Of a stretch of 64,000 nt of DNA, positions 18,443 to 27,765 are shown one piece after another (the first letter of the stretch is position 1; each line of letters starts with the position of its first letter). The notes under the pieces were generated by a model. It made no database searches. It was not told the DNA's origin and saw only the letters and a program-made list of their open reading frames with translations. The stretch comes from Planctomycetota bacterium (GTDB lineage Bacteria; Planctomycetota; PLA2; JAEUHO01). Where the stretch lies: the NCBI GenBank assembly GCA_050248855.1, contig JBFWRP010000003.1:156049-220048 (forward strand), given 5' to 3'. A program made the translations under genes and the position numbers.

Positions 18443-21099
18443 GCGACGGGCCTGCGGCGATGGGCGGCCACGTCGACGAGCAGCCAGGCGAGCGCGGCGG
18501 CCAGCACCCACGGCCAGCGCGGGATCTCGCGGGATCGTGCGCCCCAGGGCAACGCGGACACGAACGCCGACGGCTCGGTGGTGGCCGGTCCGAGCGCCTG
18601 CTCGAGGCCCGTGCGGTCGGCCGCGGGCACGGGCGCGGGCGGCCGGCGCGGCACCACGCGGTCGAGGGCGGGGAGCGGGCGGCCGTCGAGGCGGCCGTCG
18701 ACGCGGACGCGCGCGCCGGGCACGACGTCCGGCGGAAGCGGGATCGACTGCCGGCGCTCGCGGGGCGTGGTCGTGCCCAACGGATGGCGGCGACCGTCTT
18801 CCAGCGTCACGACCAGCTCGAGCTGCGCCGGCCTGTCCGCGGGCCACAGCACCTCCACGTAGGCCGGGCCCTCCGCGGGAGCACGCAGCTCCAAGCGGGG
18901 CACGTCGGCGGGACCGCCCTCGGGCGCAGCCACACCCGCCAGGACCTGTCCCACGAACGCCGCGGCACGCGGCCATGCCGCCCAGCCTTCGTCGTCCGGT
19001 GGCAGGAGCAGCACGGCGACGCGGCCGAGCCCGGCGCGCGCCATCACGACCACCGGCGCCGCCTCGTCGTCGTCGCGCTCCAGCACGACCAGCGCGTCGC
19101 CGCGCAGGCGGGCCCGGCGCGGCGCGCCCACGGCGGGCCAGGCGGCGTGCTCGAAGCCCGCCAGGACCTCGTGGGCCGCGCGTGTGCGCAGCGGCACGGG
19201 GGGCGCCGGCGCCGGCCGGGGCGGCGGTGTGGGGGGCGTCGGCGGTGGCGTGGGGGCCTCCGGCGGCGGCTCTCGCGCGGGCTCCGCGTCGGGCGACGGC
19301 TCCGGGCGCCGCTCGGGGTCCGGCAGCCGCGCCACGCGCTCGCCGCGTGCGTCGGTGACCCGCTGGGTGTCGCGCGTCACCACCACGGGCACCTGGTCGG
19401 GCGTCGGGGCGTAGAGGACCGCGCCGCCTGCCGCGAGGCGCACGATCTCGCGCAGCTGCGACATGCGGGCGCCGCGCCCGATGCCCACGGCCGTCAGCGT
19501 GATGCCGCCCTCGCGCAACGGTTGCATGACCTTCCCGAAGAGCGGGCCGGGCGGGTGCTGTTCCCCGTCGGTCAGCAGCAACACGTGGCGGATGCGTCCC
19601 GTCTCCGCGGCCATGACCTCGCTGGCCTTGGCGAGCGCGGCGTGGATGTTCGTCTCCGTGCCGTCGGCCTGGACCAAGCCCAAGGCCAGCTTGAGGTTGG
19701 GGCGCCCCGCGCGGGGCGCGAGGGCGACGCGCGCCTCCTCGGCGAACACGATCGCCCCCAGCCGGTCCGACGCGCCCAGCGCCTCGGCCGCACCCTGCGC
19801 GGCCTGCAGCGCCATCGCGAACTTGTCGCCCTCCATGCTGCCGCTGCGATCGATCAGCAACAGCAGCGTGATCGGGAGCGCCTCGTCGGGAGCGCGGCGG
19901 GCGGCCAGCCCCGGGCCCTCCTGCGGGGGCGGCGCAACCGGCGGAGGCGGCGGTGGGGGCGTAGGCGGGGGAGGAGGAGCCGGCTCCGGCGCCGGAGGCG
20001 GCGTCGGCAGCGGCTCCAGCGGCAGCAGGGCGGCCAGCGGGCTCGCGGCCAACCGCGCCCAGGCTTCGTCGGTGGCGCCCGCTTCCACGACCAGCCCGCG
20101 GCCCGCGCGAACGGCGCGCGCCAGGGCCTCGGCGGCGTCCGCCGGCAGGTCGGCGAGGAACGCGGCGTCCGCCACGACGACGTCGGCGTGGAGCAGCTCG
20201 TCGGGGGCGCCCGTCAGCCGCTGGAGGGGCAGCCCCTGCGCCGAGGCGGCCCGCGCGCTCCACGAGGCACCCGGGTTGGCGAGGGCGGCGAGGTAGCGCG
20301 GCGGCGCCGGGACGAAGACGACTTGCCGCGCCGTGTCGAGCACGCGGCCGGAGGTGTCCGCCACCGCCAGCGCAACCTCGTGCCAGCCGGGGGCGAGGGC
20401 CGGTAGGCGCCGATCGACCTCGATGCGGCCGTCCGCGGCGGGAGCAGGCAGGCTGCCCTCGGCCACGAGGTCCCCATCCACCAGCCAACGTGCGCTCCGG
20501 GCGGCGGCCCCGGCCACCCGCGCACGCGCCGTGAACGCCCCTCGCGCCGAGCCCGGCACGCCCAGCTCCTCGACGCGCGGACCCGCCGCAGGCGTGCTGG
20601 CGTCCGCGGGGAGCGGGACGTGGCCCACGCGGACTCCCCGTTGGCGAAGCCGGTCGAGCACCTCCGGCGCGCCCTCCAGGCCCTCGTGGCCCGAGGACAG
20701 CAGCAGGATGCCGCCGGCCTCCCCGCGCGCGAACGCACCGCCTGCAGCCGCCAAGGCGTCATCGACACGCCCGGCGACATCGAGATCGAGCACCTCCGCG
20801 CCCGCGCGGCGCGCCTCGGCGTGGACAGCCAGGCGAAGGGCCTCGGCCTCGGCGGTCGCCGCACCGCCCGGCAGCGGAGCGGTGGCCACCACCACGCGCG
20901 GTGGCAGCGGGACCGCGCTCGTCTCGCGCGGCGCGGCCAGCGCCACGACGGCCAGGCCCACGAGGAGCGACCGCGTCACCGTCCGCGCCAGCACGGCCCC
21001 GCGTCCGCCGCCCAGGCGCGCCTCGAGCAGCAGGACGACGAGCGGTACCGCCGGCAGCACGGCAAGCCAGGCCGGCCACGCGAAGTGCCAGCCGCTCAA
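18439..21099 (-). CDS. Membrane-anchored vWA domain protein with Pro-rich linkers
   Basis: MIDAS DRSGSM...TNIH...LLTDG; N- and C-terminal TM segments; TTG start overlapping the upstream stop. Confidence 0.8.
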   Translation of the reverse strand: MSGWHFAWPAWLAVLPAVPLVVLLLEARLGGGRGAVLARTVTRSLLVGLAVVALAAPRETSAVPLPPRVVVATAPLPGGAATAEAEALRLAVHAEARRAGAEVLDLDVAGRVDDALAAAGGAFARGEAGGILLLSSGHEGLEGAPEVLDRLRQRGVRVGHVPLPADASTPAAGPRVEELGVPGSARGAFTARARVAGAAARSARWLVDGDLVAEGSLPAPAADGRIEVDRRLPALAPGWHEVALAVADTSGRVLDTARQVVFVPAPPRYLAALANPGASWSARAASAQGLPLQRLTGAPDELLHADVVVADAAFLADLPADAAEALARAVRAGRGLVVEAGATDEAWARLAASPLAALLPLEPLPTPPPAPEPAPPPPPTPPPPPPPVAPPPQEGPGLAARRAPDEALPITLLLLIDRSGSMEGDKFAMALQAAQGAAEALGASDRLGAIVFAEEARVALAPRAGRPNLKLALGLVQADGTETNIHAALAKASEVMAAETGRIRHVLLLTDGEQHPPGPLFGKVMQPLREGGITLTAVGIGRGARMSQLREIVRLAAGGAVLYAPTPDQVPVVVTRDTQRVTDARGERVARLPDPERRPEPSPDAEPAREPPPEAPTPPPTPPTPPPRPAPAPPVPLRTRAAHEVLAGFEHAAWPAVGAPRRARLRGDALVVLERDDDEAAPVVVMARAGLGRVAVLLLPPDDEGWAAWPRAAAFVGQVLAGVAAPEGGPADVPRLELRAPAEGPAYVEVLWPADRPAQLELVVTLEDGRRHPLGTTTPRERRQSIPLPPDVVPGARVRVDGRLDGRPLPALDRVVPRRPPAPVPAADRTGLEQALGPATTEPSAFVSALPWGARSREIPRWPWVLAAALAWLLVDVAAHRRRPVA

Positions 21100-22466
21100 C
21101 GCGCACGGACCAGCAGGGGGCGGACCCAGTCGGCGCGGTCGAGGGTGGAGAGGCCGTCCGGCCCGCGATCCACTTCCAGCGTGAGGGTCTTGACGCCGCT
21201 GACGTCCAGGGTCCCCGTCCACGTGACGCCCTCGCCGCCCTTGACGCTGGCGGCCTCCCAGAGGACGCGGTCGTCACCCAGCACGCGGGCGCCGACGTCG
21301 CCGCGGACGACCTCCGAAGAGCCGGGCGCGGTCTCGAGGACGCTGTCGTCCACGCCGACACCGACCTCGAACGTGGACCACTTCCCATCGAGGTCGATGC
21401 GGACGCGCGACGTGCTGTGCACCGCGAAGCCGTGGCGCCAGCTCGTTCCGCCCACGATCAACGGCCGACCGTCCGCGCGCCGGTCCACGCGCGTACGCCA
21501 CAGCTGGGCCAGGATCTGGTCCACGCCGACGTCGGCATGGTCGGCCGTGCCCGTGTCCACCTCGCTGGTGAAGGGCAGGTACGTGGCGTAGTCGAACGAG
21601 CCGCCGCGGGCACGCAGCGTGGCGACGGCCGCACGCGGTACGCGCCACGTGACCGACGGCAGCGAGCGCGGGACGAGCACGAGGTGCGCGCCCTCGCTGC
21701 GCGGCGGCGACGCGGTGGGGATGCGGCTTCCGTCGGTGAGCTCCACCTCGACGGAGAGCCCCGTCGCCAGGGGGGCGGGCGCCGTGCCGCCCTCCGCCGC
21801 GACATGCAGGGTGCGTGCGCGGCTCCATGCGATGCTGCGCTCGCGTCCGCCTTCGTCTTCGAGGACGATGGCCTCGCGCCCGAGCTCGAGCAGCGTGCCG
21901 GACAAGCGGTCGTCGACCTCGTCGTACACGACGTCGCGCCCGGGCTCGGCGGGGTGCATGTCCGTGCGGTCCAACGTCAGCGGCACGTCGGGCGGCAAGG
22001 CCTCGACGCGTCGCAGCGCCTCGAGCGGTAGCCGCACGATGCCGAGCCCCGCGACATCGAGCTGCAGGGCCTCGGTGTCGTCGGCCTCGGCCTGACGCGT
22101 ACCGAGCAGGACTTCGCCACCCACGAGGTGGGCGCGCCAGAGCAACGCGGAGCGGTCGGCCGCGGGGCCGCTGGTCGAGCCCGTCGAGAGCTCCACGATG
22201 CCGTCCCACGGCACGAGGCGCGCGTCGCCGATGGCCGGGCGGAACCGGACGCCCGAAGCCTCCACCTCGAGCAACGTCCCCCGCTCGGCCTCCTGGCCGT
22301 GGACGAGAAGGCGCGCCGTCGGGGCCGGGGCGCGGGGCTCGTCCGCCGCGGCTTGGGGCCCGGTGCTGGCCGCTCGCCCCAAGGCGGCGGCCACGACCAA
22401 CAGGGGGACGGCCCAGCGAGCGGGGTGGCCAGGGTCGGGACGACGGGACGGCAGGCGATCAGGCAT
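21096..22466 (-). CDS. Exported NPCBM/NEW2 domain protein
   Basis: C-terminal 'GGTSWRHGFAVHSTS...FEVGVGVDD...LDVSGVKTLTLEV...ADW'; signal-like N-terminus. Confidence 0.82.
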   Translation of the reverse strand: MPDRLPSRRPDPGHPARWAVPLLVVAAALGRAASTGPQAAADEPRAPAPTARLLVHGQEAERGTLLEVEASGVRFRPAIGDARLVPWDGIVELSTGSTSGPAADRSALLWRAHLVGGEVLLGTRQAEADDTEALQLDVAGLGIVRLPLEALRRVEALPPDVPLTLDRTDMHPAEPGRDVVYDEVDDRLSGTLLELGREAIVLEDEGGRERSIAWSRARTLHVAAEGGTAPAPLATGLSVEVELTDGSRIPTASPPRSEGAHLVLVPRSLPSVTWRVPRAAVATLRARGGSFDYATYLPFTSEVDTGTADHADVGVDQILAQLWRTRVDRRADGRPLIVGGTSWRHGFAVHSTSRVRIDLDGKWSTFEVGVGVDDSVLETAPGSSEVVRGDVGARVLGDDRVLWEAASVKGGEGVTWTGTLDVSGVKTLTLEVDRGPDGLSTLDRADWVRPLLVRAR

Positions 22467-22472
22467 GGCCCG

Positions 22473-22501
22473 AGTGTCGAAAGGCCTGCACCCCTCGTCA
22501 A
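22473..22501 (-). promoter_or_regulatory. Sigma70 promoter giving a probably leaderless NPCBM-vWA-pdxA transcript
   Basis: TTGACG-17 nt-GACACT-6 nt-ATG. Confidence 0.6.
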
Positions 22502-22630
22502 CGACCCCCCGGGAGGGGCGGTGGGCAGTTCCTGCGTGGCGCCCGGCGCTGCTTCGGGCACCATGCCCCTCCACGCCGACGCGTGGGGGGGGCCCGGCGC
22601 CCCGCTGTCGAGGAGAGCACGGAACGTCGC

Positions 22631-23479
22631 ATGGGGTCGTCCACGGGGGCCGTGCCGCGGTTGGGACTGCGCTGGTACGGGCGCTCCTCGGTCGGCTGCG
22701 TCCGTGCCAACAACGAGGACAACCTCTGCGCCCGCGGCCTGCTCGGCGAGAACGGGCCCAGCAGCGGCACGGAGGACGCCCTGGAGGGCGCTGCGCCGCT
22801 GGAGCGCCCGGGCGTGCTTCTCGCGGTGGCCGACGGCATCGGCGGGGAGCGGGCCGGTGAGGTCGCCAGCGGCATGGCGGTCAGCATCCTCGCCGAGACG
22901 CTCGCCCAGCGCGCCGGTCGCGGCAACGACACCGAGACGGCGCGCGAGGACCTCCACGCCGCGCTCGTTGCCGCCGTGCACCTCGCCAGCGAGCGCATCC
23001 GCGACGAGGGCGCAAGCAACCCTTCGCGCGCGCGCATGGGCACCACGCTCACCGCAGCATGGGCGCTGGACGACGTGGCGCTGTTGGCCCACGTCGGCGA
23101 CAGCCGGGCCTACCTCTGGCGAGGCGGGCGCCTGCAGCAGCTGACCCGCGACCAGACGTGGGCCGAGAAGCTGCTCGAGGACAACATCATCGGGCCCGAC
23201 GAGGTGGGGCGCGTCGCGGGGCGACACATCCTCATGCAGGCGCTGGGCAGCGACGAGGACATCGAGGTCGCGGTCTCCACGCTGGCGCTGCAGGACGGCG
23301 ACACCTTCCTGCTCTGCACGGACGGGCTGAGCGGGGTGGTGCCGGAGGACGTGCTCCGCGACGAGCTGCACCGCGGGGGCAGCCTCGAGGGCTTGGTCGA
23401 TCGCCTGATCCACGGGGCCGAGAAGCGCGGCGGGCCGGACAACATCACGCTGCTGGCGGCCCGCGTCGCAACGGTCTGA
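22631..23479 (+). CDS. PP2C-family Ser/Thr protein phosphatase
   Basis: RANNED, VADGIGG, MGTT, HVGDSRAY, LCTDGL, GGPDNIT. Confidence 0.93.
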   Translation: MGSSTGAVPRLGLRWYGRSSVGCVRANNEDNLCARGLLGENGPSSGTEDALEGAAPLERPGVLLAVADGIGGERAGEVASGMAVSILAETLAQRAGRGNDTETAREDLHAALVAAVHLASERIRDEGASNPSRARMGTTLTAAWALDDVALLAHVGDSRAYLWRGGRLQQLTRDQTWAEKLLEDNIIGPDEVGRVAGRHILMQALGSDEDIEVAVSTLALQDGDTFLLCTDGLSGVVPEDVLRDELHRGGSLEGLVDRLIHGAEKRGGPDNITLLAARVATV

Positions 23480-23599
23480 ACCCCGGTCCGCCCCGCGGGG
23501 CCGGACTTGCCGGCCTTTTGCGGTCCCCGGGCCGTGCCGGCCGTACCTACGGGGAGAAGGACCCGAGGCGGCCGCCGGCCGCGATCCCCGTACGGCGCG

Positions 23600-23627
23600 G
23601 GAACCGTGGCATCCTGCCGGTGTCGAA
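23600..23627 (+). promoter_or_regulatory. Candidate autoregulatory ECF promoter
   Basis: GGAACC-16 nt-GTCGAA, 5 nt before the ECF ATG. Confidence 0.65.
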
Positions 23628-23632
23628 AGGCG

Positions 23633-24259
23633 ATGGGAACCGAAACCCCTCCCCCTGCTGGCGATCCGGACCGCGACCTCGTGAAGGCCGCGCAGGCGGG
23701 CGCGAGCGAGGCCTTCGACCGTCTGGTCGTGCGTCACCAGGACCGCGTGGTGCGGTTGGCGCGGCGCATCACGGGCGACGCGGAGACCGCGCTCGACGTC
23801 GCGCAGACGGTGTTCGTCAGGGCCTGGCGAGGGCTGTCCCGGTTCCACGGAGACAGCCGCTTCTCGACATGGCTCACCCGCATCGCCATCAACCAGTGCC
23901 GCAACGAGCTCCGTCGTCGACGGACGCTCAAGCACACGCGTCCTGCGTCGCTCGACGAGACCTCGCCCTTCACGGGCACGTCGCGCGCCGCGAACGTGGC
24001 GGACCCGGGTCCGACCCTCGAGGAGCATGCCGAGGCACGCGAGCTGGGGCGGGCGCTGGAAGACGCGCTGCGGGACCTGGAGCCCGAAGCGAGGGAGATC
24101 CTCGTGTTGCGGGAGGTGGAAGCGCTCTCCTACGAGGACATGGCGGCCCTCTTGGACGTCGCCGTGGGCACCGTGCGCAGCCGGCTGCACCGCGCCCGCG
24201 CGGCGCTGCGGACCGCGCTCGACGGACAGGGTGTGCCCAGCCCCGCGAGGGCGCGATGA
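23633..24259 (+). CDS. ECF sigma factor (RpoE/SigW-like)
   Basis: 'AFDRLVVRHQ', 'FHGDSRFSTWLTRIAIN', 'LSYEDMAALLDVAVGTVRSRLHRAR'. Confidence 0.93.
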   Translation: MGTETPPPAGDPDRDLVKAAQAGASEAFDRLVVRHQDRVVRLARRITGDAETALDVAQTVFVRAWRGLSRFHGDSRFSTWLTRIAINQCRNELRRRRTLKHTRPASLDETSPFTGTSRAANVADPGPTLEEHAEARELGRALEDALRDLEPEAREILVLREVEALSYEDMAALLDVAVGTVRSRLHRARAALRTALDGQGVPSPARAR

Positions 24260-24290
24260 CCGCTTCCCGTGAGCAGCCCGGGGGTGCCCG

Positions 24291-25181
24291 ATGAGCGGCG
24301 CACCGATCGAGCCCCACGACGAGGACACCCTCGCCCTGCTCTCCGACCACCTGGATGGTCGGCTCGACGCGGCCGCCGAGGCCGCCCTGCGCACGCGCCT
24401 GGCCGGCGACCCGGCGCTGGCCGCCGAGCTCGACGCGATGCGCGCGCTGGGCGCCGCGCTGCGCGAGGAGACCGCGCGCCTCCCCGGTGCCCCAGAGGGG
24501 TTCCTCGGCGGCGTGCGTGACGCCATCGCGCGCGGCGACGGGCGCACGGGCGATGGTCGTCCGAAGCTGTTGCGCTTCCTCGGCGCCGCCTACGCGGCCG
24601 CGGCCCTGCTCATCGTCGGCTGGACGATCGGCTGGTACGTCGATCGCGAACGAGGCGCGGCCCCCGCATCGCGCGCGCAGACGGCCGAGGAGCCCGCAGC
24701 AGGTGTGTGGGACAAGACCCTGGCGCAGAGCCCCGCCCCGAGCGCGCCCGAGCCCCTCCCGTCGGCCGACGGACGCTTCTTCGGCGCGCCCGCGGGCGCG
24801 GTCGACCCGGGACAGCGCACGCCCAGTGACGTGGCGGCCGAGGCGGTTGCCACCGCGCGCACGCGCCGCGCCGGCGAAGGCGACGCCACCGTGCGTCGCC
24901 TCGTCGTCCGAGCGCGCGACGTCGTCGCGTTCCGGGCCTGGCTCTCGCTGGTGCTCGCCGACCAGCCGACGCCAGCGGCGGACGAGGCCGGCGTCGTCGA
25001 CGCCGTGGTCACGACCGATGCGGGCACGCTGCCGGCGGCTGGGCGCACCACCTTGCGCTTCGCGCTCGACCGCACCACGTGGAAGCGGTTGTTCGATCGT
25101 CTAGGCCTCGCGGCCGTGGCCGCGGAGGCTCCCGACGGCGAGACGTCGCTCGAGGTGGACGTGGTCGAGACCGGCAAGTAG
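24291..25181 (+). CDS. Membrane-spanning anti-sigma factor (no zinc motif)
   Basis: 'LSDHLDGRLDAAAEAALRTRL'; one TM helix; directly downstream of an ECF sigma. Confidence 0.78.
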   Translation: MSGAPIEPHDEDTLALLSDHLDGRLDAAAEAALRTRLAGDPALAAELDAMRALGAALREETARLPGAPEGFLGGVRDAIARGDGRTGDGRPKLLRFLGAAYAAAALLIVGWTIGWYVDRERGAAPASRAQTAEEPAAGVWDKTLAQSPAPSAPEPLPSADGRFFGAPAGAVDPGQRTPSDVAAEAVATARTRRAGEGDATVRRLVVRARDVVAFRAWLSLVLADQPTPAADEAGVVDAVVTTDAGTLPAAGRTTLRFALDRTTWKRLFDRLGLAAVAAEAPDGETSLEVDVVETGK

Positions 25182-25210
25182 CGGTCCCCAAGGCGCGTAC
25201 CTTGGCGGGT

Positions 25211-25654
25211 GTGCGACGCGCGCTGACCGCCGTGCTGGTGATCGTCTTGGCAGCGGGCGCCGTGCTGGTCGGACGCACCGCAGGCGGCATGTTGCGGCGA
25301 CGCACCACAGGTCCTGCAACGACCCGGGAGCGTCCCTGGGCCGAGAGCCTCTCGAAGGTGCTCGACGCGATGGACCGCGCCGCGCGCGAGGACGCGCGCG
25401 TGGCGTGGGATGCCTTGACCCCGGGCGCGCGCGTCGGCGCGGCCGCGGAGCTGGTCGCCGCGTGGCTCGCGGAGGACCCCGAACGCCTCCAGGCCCTCGC
25501 CGATCGCGGACATCCCCCGGCCATCGCGGCGCGCGCCGCCGTGGAGGCGATCCGCCTGCGCGAACGGACCGGAATCCTGGACGCCGAGGGGCGCGCGGCG
25601 TTTTCCCGGCGCTGGCCCGGATCGTGGTGGTCGCCGGATCGGGGACCGCCATGA
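25211..25654 (+). CDS. Hypothetical membrane-anchored protein coupled to recG
   Basis: GTG 7 nt after TACCTT; N-terminal TM helix; ATGA overlap with recG. Confidence 0.55.
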   Translation: MRRALTAVLVIVLAAGAVLVGRTAGGMLRRRTTGPATTRERPWAESLSKVLDAMDRAAREDARVAWDALTPGARVGAAAELVAAWLAEDPERLQALADRGHPPAIAARAAVEAIRLRERTGILDAEGRAAFSRRWPGSWWSPDRGPP

Positions 25655-27741
25655 GCGCGGACGCGCCCACGCTGGAGGGCATCGGGCCGGGGACGAGCCT
25701 CGCTGCCCTGCCGGGCGTGCCGGAGCCGCGCGCCGCCGCGTTGGCGGCCCTCGGGGTCGGCTCCGTCGAGGACTTGCTGCGGCACGCGCCCCGCCGCTAC
25801 GAGGACCGCCGCCGCGCGACGCCCATTGCCGAGCTTGCCGCGGGCGCCGACGCCTTCGTGGTGGCGCGCGTCGAGCGCGCGCGCACGGTTCGGGCGCGCG
25901 GGGGTCTGGCCATCGTCGAGGCCAGGCTCCGCGACGAGAGCGGCGCCGTCGATGCCCGTTGGTTCCACCGCGGCTACGTGCCCCGCGCCCCCGCCGTGGG
26001 CTCACGCTTGGCCGTCTACGGTGCACCGCGGGCCGAGCGGGGCGCGCTGCTGCTGCACGCGCCGGCGTCCGAGCGACTGCCCGACGAGGGCGAAGCGGAG
26101 GGCCCCGGCGTGTTCCGGCTCGTGCCCGTGCACGCCGCTGGGCGGGGCGTGACCCCCTTGTTCATCCGTCGCTTGGTCTGGCGCCTGCTCGGCCTCGCGG
26201 ACGCCGTGTCGGACCTCGTCCCCGCGCCGCATCGGGAGGAGCTGGGCCTCGGGCCGCTGCGCCACGCCCTGCGGGAGCTGCACTTCCCCTCCGACGAGGA
26301 GGCGGCCGCGCGCGCACGACGTCGCTTGGCGTTCGACGAGCTGCTCGTCCACGACGTCGCCTTCCGCATGCGCCGTCGTGCCGTCGCTCGGCGCGGCGCG
26401 GTGGCCTGCCCCGTCCCGCCGGCGCTCGACGAGCGCATCCGGGCGCGCTTTCCCTTCACCTTGACGCCGGCCCAGGATGCGGTGGTCGCGGAGATCGCGG
26501 CGGATCTCGCGCGCCCGCTCCCGATGCGCCGTTTGCTGCAGGGCGACGTCGGTGCGGGCAAGACCGCCGTGGCCGCGTACGCCGCGCTGGTCGCGGTGGC
26601 CGCGGGCCAGCAGGTGGCCGTGGTTGCGCCTACGGAGATCCTCGCCCGCCAGCATGCCGACACGCTGACGACGTGGCTGGAGGGCAGTCGCGTCCGCGTC
26701 GGCTGGTTCGGAGGCGGGCGGCGCACGGCGGCTCGCCTGCGCGAGCTGGAGGCGCTCGCCCGCGGCGACGTCGACCTGGCAGTCGGCACGCACGCGTTGC
26801 TGCAAGACGACGTGCGCTTCGCTCGCCTCGGCCTGGCCGTGGTGGACGAACAGCACCGCTTCGGCGTGGCCCAGCGACGGCGCCTCCTGGCGCCACGCGA
26901 CGACGGGCGCGTGCCGCACTTGCTCGCCATGAGCGCGACGCCCATCCCGCGCACGTTGGCCATGGCCGTGCACGGCGACCTCGACGTGAGCGTGCTGGAG
27001 GGACGCTTGCCGGGCCGCCGCGATGTCGAGACGCACGTCGTGCGACCGCGCGAGGGGCGCCGCGTCCTCGGCCGCGTCGAGGCCGCCATCGATGCGGGGC
27101 AGCAGGCGTACGTGATCTACCCCCTCGTGAGCGAGAGCGAGGCCCTCGACTTGAAGGACGCCGAGGCGGCCGTGGAACGCTGGCGCCGCGCCCTGCCGCG
27201 CGCCCGTGTCGCCCTGCTCACGGGTCGCATGAAGCGCGCCGAGAAGGACGAGGTGATGACCCGCTTCCGCGCGGGCCAGGTGGACCTGCTCGTGGCCACC
27301 GTCGTCGTGGAGGTGGGGGTGGACGTGCCGGGCGCCACGATCCTCGTCGTGGAGCACGCCGAGCGCTTCGGGTTGTCGCAGCTGCACCAGCTGCGCGGTC
27401 GCGTGGGTCGCGGCGACCTGCCCGGTCTCTGCGTCCTCGTGGACCGTTCGCGGGCAGGCGCTCCGCCCGCTCGCCTCGAGGTCCTCGCGCGGACCCACGA
27501 CGGCCTGGCCATCGCCGAGGAGGACCTGGCCCTGCGCGGGGTGGGCGACCTGTTCGGGACGCGCCAGAGCGGACGCCCGGCCTTCCGCGCGGCCGAGCTG
27601 CCCCGGGATCTCGCCCTCCTCGCGCGGGCGCGCCAGGTGGCGGCCGGTCTGCTCGCGCAGGACCCGGGCCTGCTGGCGGAGGAGCACCGGCCCTTGCGCC
27701 GGACGGCCCTGGCGCTCGTACGGCGGATGACCCGGGCGTGA
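25651..27741 (+). CDS. recG: ATP-dependent DNA helicase RecG
   Basis: RLLQGDVGAGKT, APTEILA, DEQHRFG, MSATPIPRT, ERFGLSQLHQLRGRVGRG. Confidence 0.96.
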   Translation: MSADAPTLEGIGPGTSLAALPGVPEPRAAALAALGVGSVEDLLRHAPRRYEDRRRATPIAELAAGADAFVVARVERARTVRARGGLAIVEARLRDESGAVDARWFHRGYVPRAPAVGSRLAVYGAPRAERGALLLHAPASERLPDEGEAEGPGVFRLVPVHAAGRGVTPLFIRRLVWRLLGLADAVSDLVPAPHREELGLGPLRHALRELHFPSDEEAAARARRRLAFDELLVHDVAFRMRRRAVARRGAVACPVPPALDERIRARFPFTLTPAQDAVVAEIAADLARPLPMRRLLQGDVGAGKTAVAAYAALVAVAAGQQVAVVAPTEILARQHADTLTTWLEGSRVRVGWFGGGRRTAARLRELEALARGDVDLAVGTHALLQDDVRFARLGLAVVDEQHRFGVAQRRRLLAPRDDGRVPHLLAMSATPIPRTLAMAVHGDLDVSVLEGRLPGRRDVETHVVRPREGRRVLGRVEAAIDAGQQAYVIYPLVSESEALDLKDAEAAVERWRRALPRARVALLTGRMKRAEKDEVMTRFRAGQVDLLVATVVVEVGVDVPGATILVVEHAERFGLSQLHQLRGRVGRGDLPGLCVLVDRSRAGAPPARLEVLARTHDGLAIAEEDLALRGVGDLFGTRQSGRPAFRAAELPRDLALLARARQVAAGLLAQDPGLLAEEHRPLRRTALALVRRMTRA

Positions 27742-27765
27742 CCCGTGCCGGGGACGCTCGGCGGC

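Noticed and set aside
19190..20010. G/C-rich short repeats as CRISPR or DNA repeat elements
   Set aside because: They encode the poly-Pro linkers of the vWA protein; no repeat-spacer periodicity and no cas genes
22474..22485. Second copy of the ECF promoter (GTGTCGAAAGGC also at 23620)
   Set aside because: No GGAAC at the proper spacing; the sequence is better explained as the minus-strand -10 of the NPCBM gene
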